Shown: in pieces, positions 52,765 through 61,012 of the stretch
Position numbering within the stretch: position 1 is the first letter of the stretch
Layout: the number at the start of each line of letters is the position of its first letter
Source of the DNA: Anaerolineales bacterium
GTDB taxonomy: Bacteria; Chloroflexota; Anaerolineae; Anaerolineales; DRMV01
Assembly: GCA_026996855.1 (NCBI GenBank)
Contig: JALWJZ010000005.1
Span: 3,656-67,655, forward strand
Direction: 5' to 3'
Length of the DNA: 64,000 nt
The notes under the pieces: model-generated
What the model saw: the letters and a program-made list of their open reading frames with translations, nothing else
What the model was told of the DNA's origin: nothing
The model's database searches: none
Translations under genes and position numbers: made by a program

Positions 52765-54075
52765 ATGCAATACGTTTTGGTCGGCACAGGGGTGGCGGCC
52801 GTGGCCGCAGCCGAGGCCATCCGTCGGATGGACCCCAAGGGCCGCATCCTCATGGTGGGCATGGAGAAGGACGGCTACTACAGCCGCCCCGGCCTGGCCT
52901 ATTACCTCACGGGGGAAATCCCCGAACGGATGCTGTACCCTTTCCGGCCGGAGGACTTTCGCCGCCTTGACATTACCCTGATTCACGACCGGGTGGAAGG
53001 CATCGACCCCGCAGCCCGGCGGGTGCGCCTGGCCCGCCGCGGCTGGGTGCCGTACGACCGCCTGCTCCTGGCCACGGGCGCGCGGGCTGCCCGGCCCGAC
53101 CTGCCCGGCATCGACCTGGAGGGTGTGGTCTACCTGGACAACCTGGAGCACACCCGGCATCTGCTCCGGCTGGCCCGCCGCGCGAAGGAAGCCGTGGTGG
53201 TGGGCGGGGGCATCACCGCGCTGGAACTGGCCGAGGGCCTGCATGCCCGCGGCCTGAAGGTGCACTACCTGATGCGGGGCGACCGCTACTGGCGCCGGGT
53301 GCTGGACGAGGTGGAATCCCGTGTCGTGGAAGCCCGCCTGGAGGAGATGGGCATCCGTTTGCACCACCACACGGAAATCGCGGAGATCCTGGGGAAGAAG
53401 GGGAAGGTGGTGGGGGTCCGCACCAAGGACGGACGGGTGCTGCGGTGCCAGATGGTGGGCGTGGCCGTGGGCATCCGGCCCCGCATTGAACTGGCCCAGG
53501 AAGCCGGTCTGGAGACCGACCGGGGTATCCTGGTAAACGAGTACATGGAAACCAGCACGCCCGGCATTTACGCCGCAGGAGACGTGGCCCAGGTTTGGGA
53601 CCCAAAGGCCGGCAAACACGTGCTGGATTCCCTCTGGCCGATGGCCCGGCGGCAGGGCGAGGCCGCGGGCTACAACATGGCCGGGCAACGGCGGCCTTAC
53701 CAGCGGACCACACCCCTCAACGTCACCCGGCTGGCCCACATCACCACCGCCATCATGGGTCTTGTGGGCCAGCGGGCGGCCGACCCGGACGCAGGCATGG
53801 TCCGGGGCGACAGCGAAGTCTGGCGAGAACTGCCCGACGCGATCCTGGCTCAAAAGAGCGAAGAAGTGAACTACATCCGCCTCATGGTGGGTGAGCGGAC
53901 CATCCTGGGCGCGGTAGTCATGGGGGACCAGTCCCTTTCCCGGCCCCTGTACACCCTCATCGACCGCCAGGTGGATATCACCCCCATCAAGGCCCGCTTG
54001 CTCGCACCCGACGCCCCCCTGGGCGAAATCCTGGCCGACTTCTGGGCGCAGGTGAGTCGGGAACTGGGCGAATGA
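52765..54075 (+). CDS. FAD/NAD(P)-dependent pyridine nucleotide-disulfide-family oxidoreductase
   Basis: VLVGTGVAAVAAAE (FAD), VVVGGGITALELAE (NAD(P)) and YAAGDVA motifs. Confidence 0.85.
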   Translation: MQYVLVGTGVAAVAAAEAIRRMDPKGRILMVGMEKDGYYSRPGLAYYLTGEIPERMLYPFRPEDFRRLDITLIHDRVEGIDPAARRVRLARRGWVPYDRLLLATGARAARPDLPGIDLEGVVYLDNLEHTRHLLRLARRAKEAVVVGGGITALELAEGLHARGLKVHYLMRGDRYWRRVLDEVESRVVEARLEEMGIRLHHHTEIAEILGKKGKVVGVRTKDGRVLRCQMVGVAVGIRPRIELAQEAGLETDRGILVNEYMETSTPGIYAAGDVAQVWDPKAGKHVLDSLWPMARRQGEAAGYNMAGQRRPYQRTTPLNVTRLAHITTAIMGLVGQRAADPDAGMVRGDSEVWRELPDAILAQKSEEVNYIRLMVGERTILGAVVMGDQSLSRPLYTLIDRQVDITPIKARLLAPDAPLGEILADFWAQVSRELGE

Positions 54076-54235
54076 GCGAATAGCGAATGAGCGAATCTGC
54101 GAATCAGCGAATGGGCGAATGGGCGGATAAGCGAATTTGCGGATGGGCGGATGAGCGAACGAACGGACGACGCACTGCCCGCCGACCGCCGACTGCCGAC
54201 CGCTGACTGCCGACTGCTGACTGCCGACCGCCGAC
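54068..54235 (+). repeat. Composite short tandem repeat: about 13 octamers (GCGAATNN) followed by 8 heptamers (YGCYGAC)
   Basis: 54068-54170: gcgaatga gcgaata gcgaatga gcgaatct gcgaatca gcgaatgg gcgaatgg gcggataa gcgaattt gcggatgg gcggatga gcgaacga acggacga. 54180-54235: cgccgac cgccgac tgccgac cgctgac tgccgac tgctgac tgccgac cgccgac. Confidence 0.8.
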
Positions 54236-54255
54236 CACTCCCCAGGAGGCCGACC

Positions 54256-55083
54256 ATGTCCTTCGGCAATGCGGAACTCTGGGCTGCCTTCTTCACCAAC
54301 CTGGCCATTACCGTGGTTTACCTGGCCGTGGTGGCCAGTACAGGGCGGGTTCCGGCCGCGTCCGAGGCCTTCGGTCATGGCCTGGGCATCGTGGGCTTCA
54401 TCCTCATGCTCATGACCGAGACCCTGTATTCCATCCGCAAGCGGACGCGGTTCGCCCGCTGGGGCCGCATGGCGTATTGGCTCAAGTTCCACATCTTCAC
54501 CGGCCTGGTGGGGCCGTACATGGTCTTGCTGCATACCTCGTGGAAGTTTGCCGGTTTGGCCGGCCTGGTGATGCTGCTCACCGTCATCGTGGTGGTCAGC
54601 GGGTTCATCGGACGTTATATCTACACAGCCATTCCTCGAACGGTAGATGGCCTGGTGTTGGAAGAAGAGGATGTGAACCGGATGATTCGGGAAACCGAAG
54701 CCGCCTTGCAGCAATGGCTGCAGGCCCAGAGCGAGCGGACCCGTCAGGTGGTACGGGAGATGCTCACGATCGAAGAACGGTTGACGGCCAGCCTGCCGCC
54801 AGTGGTGCTGTTGTGGGTGCGGCCCCTGGTAGAGGGGTATTACCGATGGTTGTGGTGGCGGGAGAAGCGCCGGCTGGGCCGGCTGGCCCGGGCCGAAGCC
54901 AGGAAACTGGACCGGCTCATGGCCCGACGGCGCCTGTTGCGTCGGCAGCGGGCCATGCTCCTCTGGGCCCGCCGCGCCTTGGCCTTGTGGCATACCCTGC
55001 ACGTTCCCCTGGGCGCGGTGCTCTTCACCCTGGCTTTCGTGCACATCTGCGCGGCCCTGTACTACGCCACCTTACTGCGGTAG
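54256..55083 (+). CDS. Polytopic membrane protein with conserved intramembrane histidines (possible b-type haem or quinone-interacting subunit)
   Basis: Five predicted TM helices bearing His (FGHGLG, KFHIFTG, LLH, WHTLHVP, FVHIC). RBS aggagg. Ends 11 nt before the 15-heme cytochrome gene. Confidence 0.6.
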   Translation: MSFGNAELWAAFFTNLAITVVYLAVVASTGRVPAASEAFGHGLGIVGFILMLMTETLYSIRKRTRFARWGRMAYWLKFHIFTGLVGPYMVLLHTSWKFAGLAGLVMLLTVIVVVSGFIGRYIYTAIPRTVDGLVLEEEDVNRMIRETEAALQQWLQAQSERTRQVVREMLTIEERLTASLPPVVLLWVRPLVEGYYRWLWWREKRRLGRLARAEARKLDRLMARRRLLRRQRAMLLWARRALALWHTLHVPLGAVLFTLAFVHICAALYYATLLR

Positions 55084-55093
55084 GAGGTCATCG

Positions 55094-56347
55094 ATGCAAC
55101 GCAGGTTGGGTTGTCTGACGCCTTTGGGCCTGGTGGCGGCTTTCGTGGCTCTGGTCGTCGTGGTGGGTATCACCCTGGCCAGGGGAGGGGTGCTGTTCAA
55201 CCCCGGCCCTTTGAACGCGCAGACCGGCGAACCCAAGGGAGGTGTACGGTCCCATGCGGAAATCCAACAGTGCGGCCAGTGCCATCCGGCCTTCTGGAGT
55301 GGGGTGCGCATGGCCGACCTGTGCCTGGAATGCCATACCGAGGTGGCCGACGAGGTCCGTACGGGGCAGGGCCTGCATGCCTTCCTGCTGGAGTCACCCG
55401 CCCAACTGACATGCCGGGGGTGCCACACCGAACACCGAGGGCCGGATGCACCGCTGACGGTCCTGGACCCGGCCCGTTTCCCCCATGAAGCCACCGGATT
55501 CTCCCTCAAAGCCCACCGCGGGCTTCTGGTGCGGGTACAATGCGCGGATTGCCATACCCAGGATATTGCCGTCTTCGACCGGGCCAGTTGCTATACCTGC
55601 CACGTGCAAGAAGACCAGGTGTTCACCGAGGCTCACCGCCAGACCTTTGGCGAGAACTGTCTGGCCTGCCATGATGGGGTAGACCGCTTCTCGGACTTCG
55701 ACCACAATCGTGACACTCGTTTTCCTTTGGAAGATGCACACCGCGGTGGAACGTGCTCGGATTGTCATTTGAGAGATACTACCCTGATCGCGCTTCGAGA
55801 AACACCCACGACTTGCGTGGGATGTCATGCTGGGGACGACGCCCACGACGGCGCCTTTGGCCAACGGTGTGAAACCTGCCACCAGCCCACGACCTGGGAG
55901 GACGCTACCTTCGACCACGCCCAGACCGGCTTCCCCCTGACCGGTGCCCACACCCAGGTGGCCTGCCAGGACTGCCACACCTCCGGCGACTTCACCGTGA
56001 AACTGGACGCCGCGTGCGTGGCCTGCCACCAGGAACCCGATTATCACCGGGGTCTGTTCGGCACCACCTGCGAGGCCTGCCATACCACCACGGCCTGGCA
56101 ACCGGCCAAGTACGACGAACCCCACCGCTTCCCCATCGACCACGGGGCCGGTTTGCGGGGGAACAGTTGCCAGGTGTGCCACCCGAACACGTTGCAAGAG
56201 TACACATGCTACGGCTGTCACGAACACAATCCGGCCCGCATTGCCGCAGAGCATCGGGAAGAGGGCATCTTCGACTTCCAGAACTGTGTGAAATGTCACC
56301 CCACAGGGCGGGAGGAGGAAGCCGAAGGGTATGAGGATGACGATTGA
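55094..56347 (+). CDS. Multiheme c-type cytochrome (15 CxxCH) with an N-terminal signal anchor and an acidic C-terminus
   Basis: 15 CxxCH motifs counted. The N-terminal region FNPGPLNAQ...CGQCH parallels the 18-heme protein. Ends GREEEAEGYEDDD. Confidence 0.85.
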   Translation: MQRRLGCLTPLGLVAAFVALVVVVGITLARGGVLFNPGPLNAQTGEPKGGVRSHAEIQQCGQCHPAFWSGVRMADLCLECHTEVADEVRTGQGLHAFLLESPAQLTCRGCHTEHRGPDAPLTVLDPARFPHEATGFSLKAHRGLLVRVQCADCHTQDIAVFDRASCYTCHVQEDQVFTEAHRQTFGENCLACHDGVDRFSDFDHNRDTRFPLEDAHRGGTCSDCHLRDTTLIALRETPTTCVGCHAGDDAHDGAFGQRCETCHQPTTWEDATFDHAQTGFPLTGAHTQVACQDCHTSGDFTVKLDAACVACHQEPDYHRGLFGTTCEACHTTTAWQPAKYDEPHRFPIDHGAGLRGNSCQVCHPNTLQEYTCYGCHEHNPARIAAEHREEGIFDFQNCVKCHPTGREEEAEGYEDDD

Positions 56348-56511
56348 GCGCCTGAACTTGCTGCCGTAAACGGGAAAAGGGCCGCAGCCCCTGGATAAAG
56401 CGAAAGGCCCCTGGATAAAGAACCGAAAAAAGGTTCGCTTTCCGGGGGCTTTGCGTTATGATTGAAAAGGCAGGCCGTGATGGCATTTTTGCAAAAGACA
56501 CGGGATGTCGC

Positions 56512-58032
56512 ATGGAAAGGAAAACGACCCTCGGACCGGTAGAACAGGAGGAGCGCCAGGGCGTGCACTCGCAGGAACCTTCGCCGCGGGTGTTCATGGT
56601 GGACGAAGAGGGTGTCGAGCCCGTGCCGGTGGAGGTGCTGCTGGAGGAAGACGAAGCCCGGGAACGGGAGCGTCCCCGGGGTAAGAAGCGCCTGGTTTCC
56701 ACTCAATCGGAACGGGACAAGGCCGTATTGGTGGGCGTGGAATTGCGCAACCGGCCCGGTCTTCTTCCCCTGCAAGATTCCCTGGACGAACTGGAGCGCC
56801 TGGCGGAGACCGCCGGGCTGGAAGTGGTGGGCCGGGTGACGCAGCGTTTGCAGCGGCCCAACCCCAAGACCTATGTGGGCAAAGGCAAACTTCAGGAAAT
56901 CAAATCCTTATTGCGGGAAACGGGGGCCAACGTGGTGATTTTCGACGACGAACTCACCCCCCGGCACCAGCGGGAACTGGAGAAGTTCTTCGGCGACAAC
57001 GTCAAGGTGTTGGACCGAACCGTGCTCATCCTGGACATCTTCGCCCAGCATGCCCACACTCGTGAGGGCGCCCTGCAGGTGGAACTGGCCCAACTGGAGT
57101 ACCGCCTCCCTCGCCTGACCCGGGCCTGGACCCACCTGGCCCGACAGGCCGGCGGCGGGGGCGGCCGCGCCGGCAAGGGCGTGGGCCTGCGCGGCCCTGG
57201 TGAAAAGCAGTTGGAAGTGGACCGCCGGGCCATCAAGCGGCGCATTGCGCACCTGAAACGCGAGTTGGAGGAAGTGCGGGCCCATCGGGCGCGGTACCGC
57301 TCTCGGAGGCGGAAGCACCGTCTGCCTGTGGTTTCCCTGGTAGGATACACCAACGCCGGCAAATCCACCCTGCTCAATCGGCTGGCCGGGGCCGACGTCT
57401 ACGTGGCCGACCAACTCTTCGCCACCCTGGACCCCACCACCCGGCGGGTGGAACTCCCCGGCGGGCATGTGGCCCTGTTCACCGATACCGTGGGCTTCAT
57501 CCAAAAACTGCCCACCACCCTGGTGGCGGCCTTTCGGGCCACCCTGGAGGAAATCGCCGAGGCCGACCTGCTGCTCCACGTCATTGACATCGCCCATCCC
57601 AACGCCGCGGAGCAGGCGGTGGCCGTGCTCAAGACGTTGAAGGAAATCCACGCGGACCACATCCCCATGGTGTACGTCTTCAACAAGGTGGATTTGCTCC
57701 CCAACCCCGATGCGGTCCAGGAAGCCTTGCGGGAGCATCCCCAGGCCGTGGCTGTATCCGCACGGCATGGCTGGGGCATCGAGCGCCTCTTGGAAGTGGT
57801 GAGTGACCAACTGTTCGCCACCTACACCCCGGTGGAGGTCTTCCTGCCTTATTCCGAAGGCCATTTGCTTTCCCTCTTTCACGAGGCCGGTCACATCGAA
57901 GTCATCGAGCACCGACGCGATGGCGTCTACATCAAAGGTCGCCTTCCGGGTCGCGTGCTGGCCCGCTTTGCTCCTTACCGTTTGGACGGAGCCGAAGGCA
58001 AGGAGGTCTTGCGTGGAAAGGTTTTGGCGTGA
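56512..58032 (+). CDS. hflX: GTPase HflX
   Basis: HflX N-terminal domain (AVLVGV, ELERLAETAGLEVV, GKGKLQEI), G1 GYTNAGKSTLLN and G3 DTVGF. The start could be 56458 or 56512. Confidence 0.9.
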   Translation: MERKTTLGPVEQEERQGVHSQEPSPRVFMVDEEGVEPVPVEVLLEEDEARERERPRGKKRLVSTQSERDKAVLVGVELRNRPGLLPLQDSLDELERLAETAGLEVVGRVTQRLQRPNPKTYVGKGKLQEIKSLLRETGANVVIFDDELTPRHQRELEKFFGDNVKVLDRTVLILDIFAQHAHTREGALQVELAQLEYRLPRLTRAWTHLARQAGGGGGRAGKGVGLRGPGEKQLEVDRRAIKRRIAHLKRELEEVRAHRARYRSRRRKHRLPVVSLVGYTNAGKSTLLNRLAGADVYVADQLFATLDPTTRRVELPGGHVALFTDTVGFIQKLPTTLVAAFRATLEEIAEADLLLHVIDIAHPNAAEQAVAVLKTLKEIHADHIPMVYVFNKVDLLPNPDAVQEALREHPQAVAVSARHGWGIERLLEVVSDQLFATYTPVEVFLPYSEGHLLSLFHEAGHIEVIEHRRDGVYIKGRLPGRVLARFAPYRLDGAEGKEVLRGKVLA

Positions 58033-58036
58033 TACC

Positions 58037-58237
58037 GTGAACCGTTGGCTCGACCGTGCCAGCGATTTCCTGGCCCATCGCAAGGGCCTGTTGCCCATGG
58101 TCGGCCTGGTTCTGGTGGTGCTCAACCTTTTGGTGCAATGGATACCCGGCCTGGAACCCCTGGCCCGGGTGCACCTGTTCTTGCACTGTGGGGTGTTCCT
58201 GGCCATTTTGGGGTTCTTGTTGGCCTGGGCTTTGTGA
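58037..58237 (+). CDS. Possible small two-TM membrane protein
   Basis: GTG start 5 nt after the hflX stop. Hydrophobic LLPMVGLVLVVLNLLV and LFLHCGVFLAILGFLLAWAL. No recognisable family. Confidence 0.3.
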   Translation: MNRWLDRASDFLAHRKGLLPMVGLVLVVLNLLVQWIPGLEPLARVHLFLHCGVFLAILGFLLAWAL

Positions 58238-58356
58238 AAGGGACGCAGTCCGTTTTTCAAAAAAGACGTGTTTCCGCCTTGTCGGATGTGGCGAACCCCT
58301 TGTAAGGATTGCACATTGCTCCCCAACCGTGAAAAACTTCCCCTGGGAGGTGTGTC

Positions 58357-59280
58357 ATGACCCAACCCACTCTTGTTCCCTCGGAACCGATGACGACCGA
58401 AGAAACCCGCATGTGGATTCATCATCTACTCCCCGACCCGGCGCAAGAGTGGAAGCACATGCTCCGGTTTGCCCTCTTCACCGCTGAGGACAAGATGGCT
58501 ATGGCGGAGACCATCGAACCGTTGTTCCGCCGAGGGCCTGAGTTGGTGGTGGGTGTGTACGATTACCTGCGCAGCGTGCCGGAAACCGCGGCCGTTCTGG
58601 GCTGGGAAACGGAAGTCGACGAGGAGCACCTGGAAGAACGCCGCCGCTTCTTCACCATCTGGCTGGCCCGCAGCCTGGGCATGGACACCAGCGAAGAGTT
58701 CGCCGACTATTTGTTCTATGCGGGCAAGGTGCACGCTGGCCACGGCCCGCGGCAAATCCATGTGCCCCCGGCGTATGTGCGTGCCTCCATCGGGTTGATT
58801 CTGGCCAACTTTGCCCGTTACATGCAAGAGGCGGGACTGTCCACGGAAAAGGTGGCCCCTGCCATGGCCGGATGGAACAAGTACCTCTCGGTTCAATTGC
58901 ACATGATGGAACTGGGTTACGAGGCGGCCCGGAACATCGACGAAGGCAAATTCTCCGTGCAGGTGCGGGTCTTTGGTGTGTTGCGGCCCAAGTTGCCTTC
59001 CCGTTTGCGTCCGGTGTGGGTGCACCCCGAGGACACGGTGGAGGTGGTACTACGCAAGTTCTTCAGTTACTACCCGGAAGCCCGCCGGGAAGTGTTGGAC
59101 GTGGCCTGGGAAGCCGAAGACAAGCCCGATTCTTTGTGGATGGACGTGATTCCCGTATACGTGCCCAAAACGGGATGGCGCATTTTGCTCAACGGGCGGG
59201 AAGTGGCCTATTTGGAAGAAGGCGTGCACACCCCGGTCCACGAAGGCGACGTGGTGGACATTTTCCCGCCTGGACGTTGA
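58357..59280 (+). CDS. Protoglobin (globin-sensor) domain fused to a C-terminal MoaD/ThiS-like beta-grasp domain
   Basis: FALFTAEDKMAMAE...VYDYLRS...RRRFFTIWLARSL...YAGKVHAGHG parallels archaeal protoglobin, including the proximal His region. The last ~100 aa (VQVRVFGVLR...ILLNGREV...GDVVDIFPPGR) parallel MoaD but lack the terminal Gly-Gly. Confidence 0.7.
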   Translation: MTQPTLVPSEPMTTEETRMWIHHLLPDPAQEWKHMLRFALFTAEDKMAMAETIEPLFRRGPELVVGVYDYLRSVPETAAVLGWETEVDEEHLEERRRFFTIWLARSLGMDTSEEFADYLFYAGKVHAGHGPRQIHVPPAYVRASIGLILANFARYMQEAGLSTEKVAPAMAGWNKYLSVQLHMMELGYEAARNIDEGKFSVQVRVFGVLRPKLPSRLRPVWVHPEDTVEVVLRKFFSYYPEARREVLDVAWEAEDKPDSLWMDVIPVYVPKTGWRILLNGREVAYLEEGVHTPVHEGDVVDIFPPGR

Positions 59281-59435
59281 AGGTTCCCTACTTTGGGGAA
59301 AAGGATTTTCGCATTTATAGAACGAAGGGGCGAATGTGAAGGTGGTGTTTTGGCCTTCGCATTCCCTCTTTTTTCGCGCTCGAAGACGGGAACCGAAGGC
59401 TCCGGCGCCTGGTAGGTGGCCATTGGGAGGGTTCG

Positions 59436-60242
59436 GTGATGAGCGCCGCGCTTCCTTCTTTGCAGGAATTGATTTCGCTGCGCTCCATGCGCGCCCTGGT
59501 GACCGGCGCGGCCGCGGGCATTGGGCAGGCCATCGCGTACCGCCTGGCCGAAGCCGGCGCGAATTTGGTGCTGTTGGACGTTCAGGAAGAGGCGTTACAA
59601 AGCGCCGCTGAGGCGTTGCGTAAGCGGTTCGGCGTTCAAGTGCTCACGGCCCGGGTGGACCTGACCCGGAAGGAGGAAATCGACGCCTTTTGGTCCCATC
59701 TGGAAGGCCCGGTGCCCGACATTCTGGTCAACAACGCGGGTATCTTCCCCTTTGAAAAGTTCGAGAACCTCTCGGAGGGCCTGTACCGTCGGGTGCTTCA
59801 GGTGAATTTGGATGCCGTGCTGTGGATGTGCCAGCATTTCGTGCGTCGGCGGGGTAAACAGGGTGGGGTGGTGGTCAACGTGGCCTCCATCGAGGCCCTG
59901 CTTCCTTTCATGGACGGCCTGGTGCATTACGGGGTGAGCAAGGCCGGGGTGGTGGCCCTGACTCGCGGCCTGGCGCGAGAATACGCCCACAAGGGTTTTC
60001 GGTTCAATGTGGTGGTGCCGGGCGGTGTTCTGACGCGGGGCTTTCGAGGCGTTTTGAAAGAAGTATTGCGGGGACGCCTTCGGTTCCTTCTGGCGGGACG
60101 TCGCTTTTTACAACGCCTGCCGGCCCGGCGTTTTGCCCACCCGGATGAGGTGGCGCGTGCCGTGCTTTTCCTGTGTAGCGACATGGCCACCTACGTGCAC
60201 GGCGCGCTCCTGCCGGTGGACGGTGGCTTTTTGAGTGCGTGA
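59436..60242 (+). CDS. Short-chain dehydrogenase/reductase (SDR) family oxidoreductase
   Basis: TGAAAGIG cofactor motif, NNAG, and the catalytic Y..SK (YGVSKAG). Confidence 0.85.
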   Translation: MMSAALPSLQELISLRSMRALVTGAAAGIGQAIAYRLAEAGANLVLLDVQEEALQSAAEALRKRFGVQVLTARVDLTRKEEIDAFWSHLEGPVPDILVNNAGIFPFEKFENLSEGLYRRVLQVNLDAVLWMCQHFVRRRGKQGGVVVNVASIEALLPFMDGLVHYGVSKAGVVALTRGLAREYAHKGFRFNVVVPGGVLTRGFRGVLKEVLRGRLRFLLAGRRFLQRLPARRFAHPDEVARAVLFLCSDMATYVHGALLPVDGGFLSA

Positions 60243-60251
60243 AACGGCAAA

Positions 60252-60285
60252 AAGGGCAAGGCAACCATGCGCCTTGCCCTTTTTG
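60252..60285 (+). terminator. Rho-independent terminator of the SDR gene
   Basis: aagggcaaggc-aaccatgc-gccttgccctt followed by ttt. Confidence 0.65.
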
Positions 60286-60373
60286 CGTTCGACCATCTGG
60301 GGTGCCAAAACCCCAGGGGGACGAATGCCACAGCGGCCACGAAGGAGGTTCAGTCAGAAAAGGACCGATGCCG

Positions 60374-60727
60374 TTACCAGATGATGGGCCGCGGTCCGGA
60401 GCCCAATTTGCGGGCCAACCGTTTTTCCAGTTCCGTAGGGGTGATGTCGTAGAAGACGATCACCTGCCCTCGACGGCTGGGGGTACCCGCGACCACTTCG
60501 ATTTGCGACGGCGACAAGCCCAAGAAGCGGCTGAGGGCATCTACCAGCAGAACGTCGATGTCGTTCTGAGCGTTTCCCCGTAGGTGAACGTGCAGTACGC
60601 CGTTGGATAACGCTTGTAGTCGGGTGGGAGATTCGGGGCCAACGGTTACGTGCACCAACAGGGCCGCACCTTTGGCCGGTGAATGGAAACGACTGCCCCG
60701 TTGCACGGTTGGAATCGACACGGACAT
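60374..60727 (-). CDS. DUF167 (YggU/UPF0235) family protein
   Basis: LLVHVTVGPES...LHVHLRGNAQNDIDVLLVDALSRFLGLSPSQIEVVAGTPSRRGQV matches the DUF167 pattern. Confidence 0.8.
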   Translation of the reverse strand: MSVSIPTVQRGSRFHSPAKGAALLVHVTVGPESPTRLQALSNGVLHVHLRGNAQNDIDVLLVDALSRFLGLSPSQIEVVAGTPSRRGQVIVFYDITPTELEKRLARKLGSGPRPIIW

Positions 60728-61012
60728 CCTTCCCTCCTCCCCGAGATGAGAAATCGATGAAAACCACCCATCATTTTACCCGTTTTTTGCGGTTTGGGCA
60801 GGGAGTTCTTCTGGTTTTTCAAGAAATTTAAGGTTTCGAAGCCTAAATGTGCGAGATCTTGCGGTTTTTCTGCAGCGTGTGGCAAAAGGCGAACCGGATG
60901 ATAACGAGCAAGAGAGAAGGTGTCCTGGGGAAACAAGGAAAGGGAGCGGGACTCTCACGAGGAAAGCCGCTCCCTTCCTGTCAAAGGTTGTGGAGGACGC
61001 AGGATCCCGTTG

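Noticed and set aside
54068-54235. Considered as a CRISPR array
   Set aside because: The unit length is 7-8 nt with no unique spacers and no cas genes anywhere in the window. It is a microsatellite-like tandem repeat instead.
52642-55044. 800-aa minus-strand ORF spanning the oxidoreductase gene, the repeat array and the membrane protein gene
   Set aside because: It is antisense to three supported genes. Its apparent peptide repeats (SFAHPPIRKFAYPPIR, SAVGSQQSAVSGRQSAV) are simply the 7-8-nt DNA repeats read through.
56387-56420. Direct repeat gcccctggataaag occurring twice with a 20-nt period, downstream of the 15-heme cytochrome gene
   Set aside because: There are only two short copies, with no associated structure or gene. 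That is insufficient to call a regulatory site.
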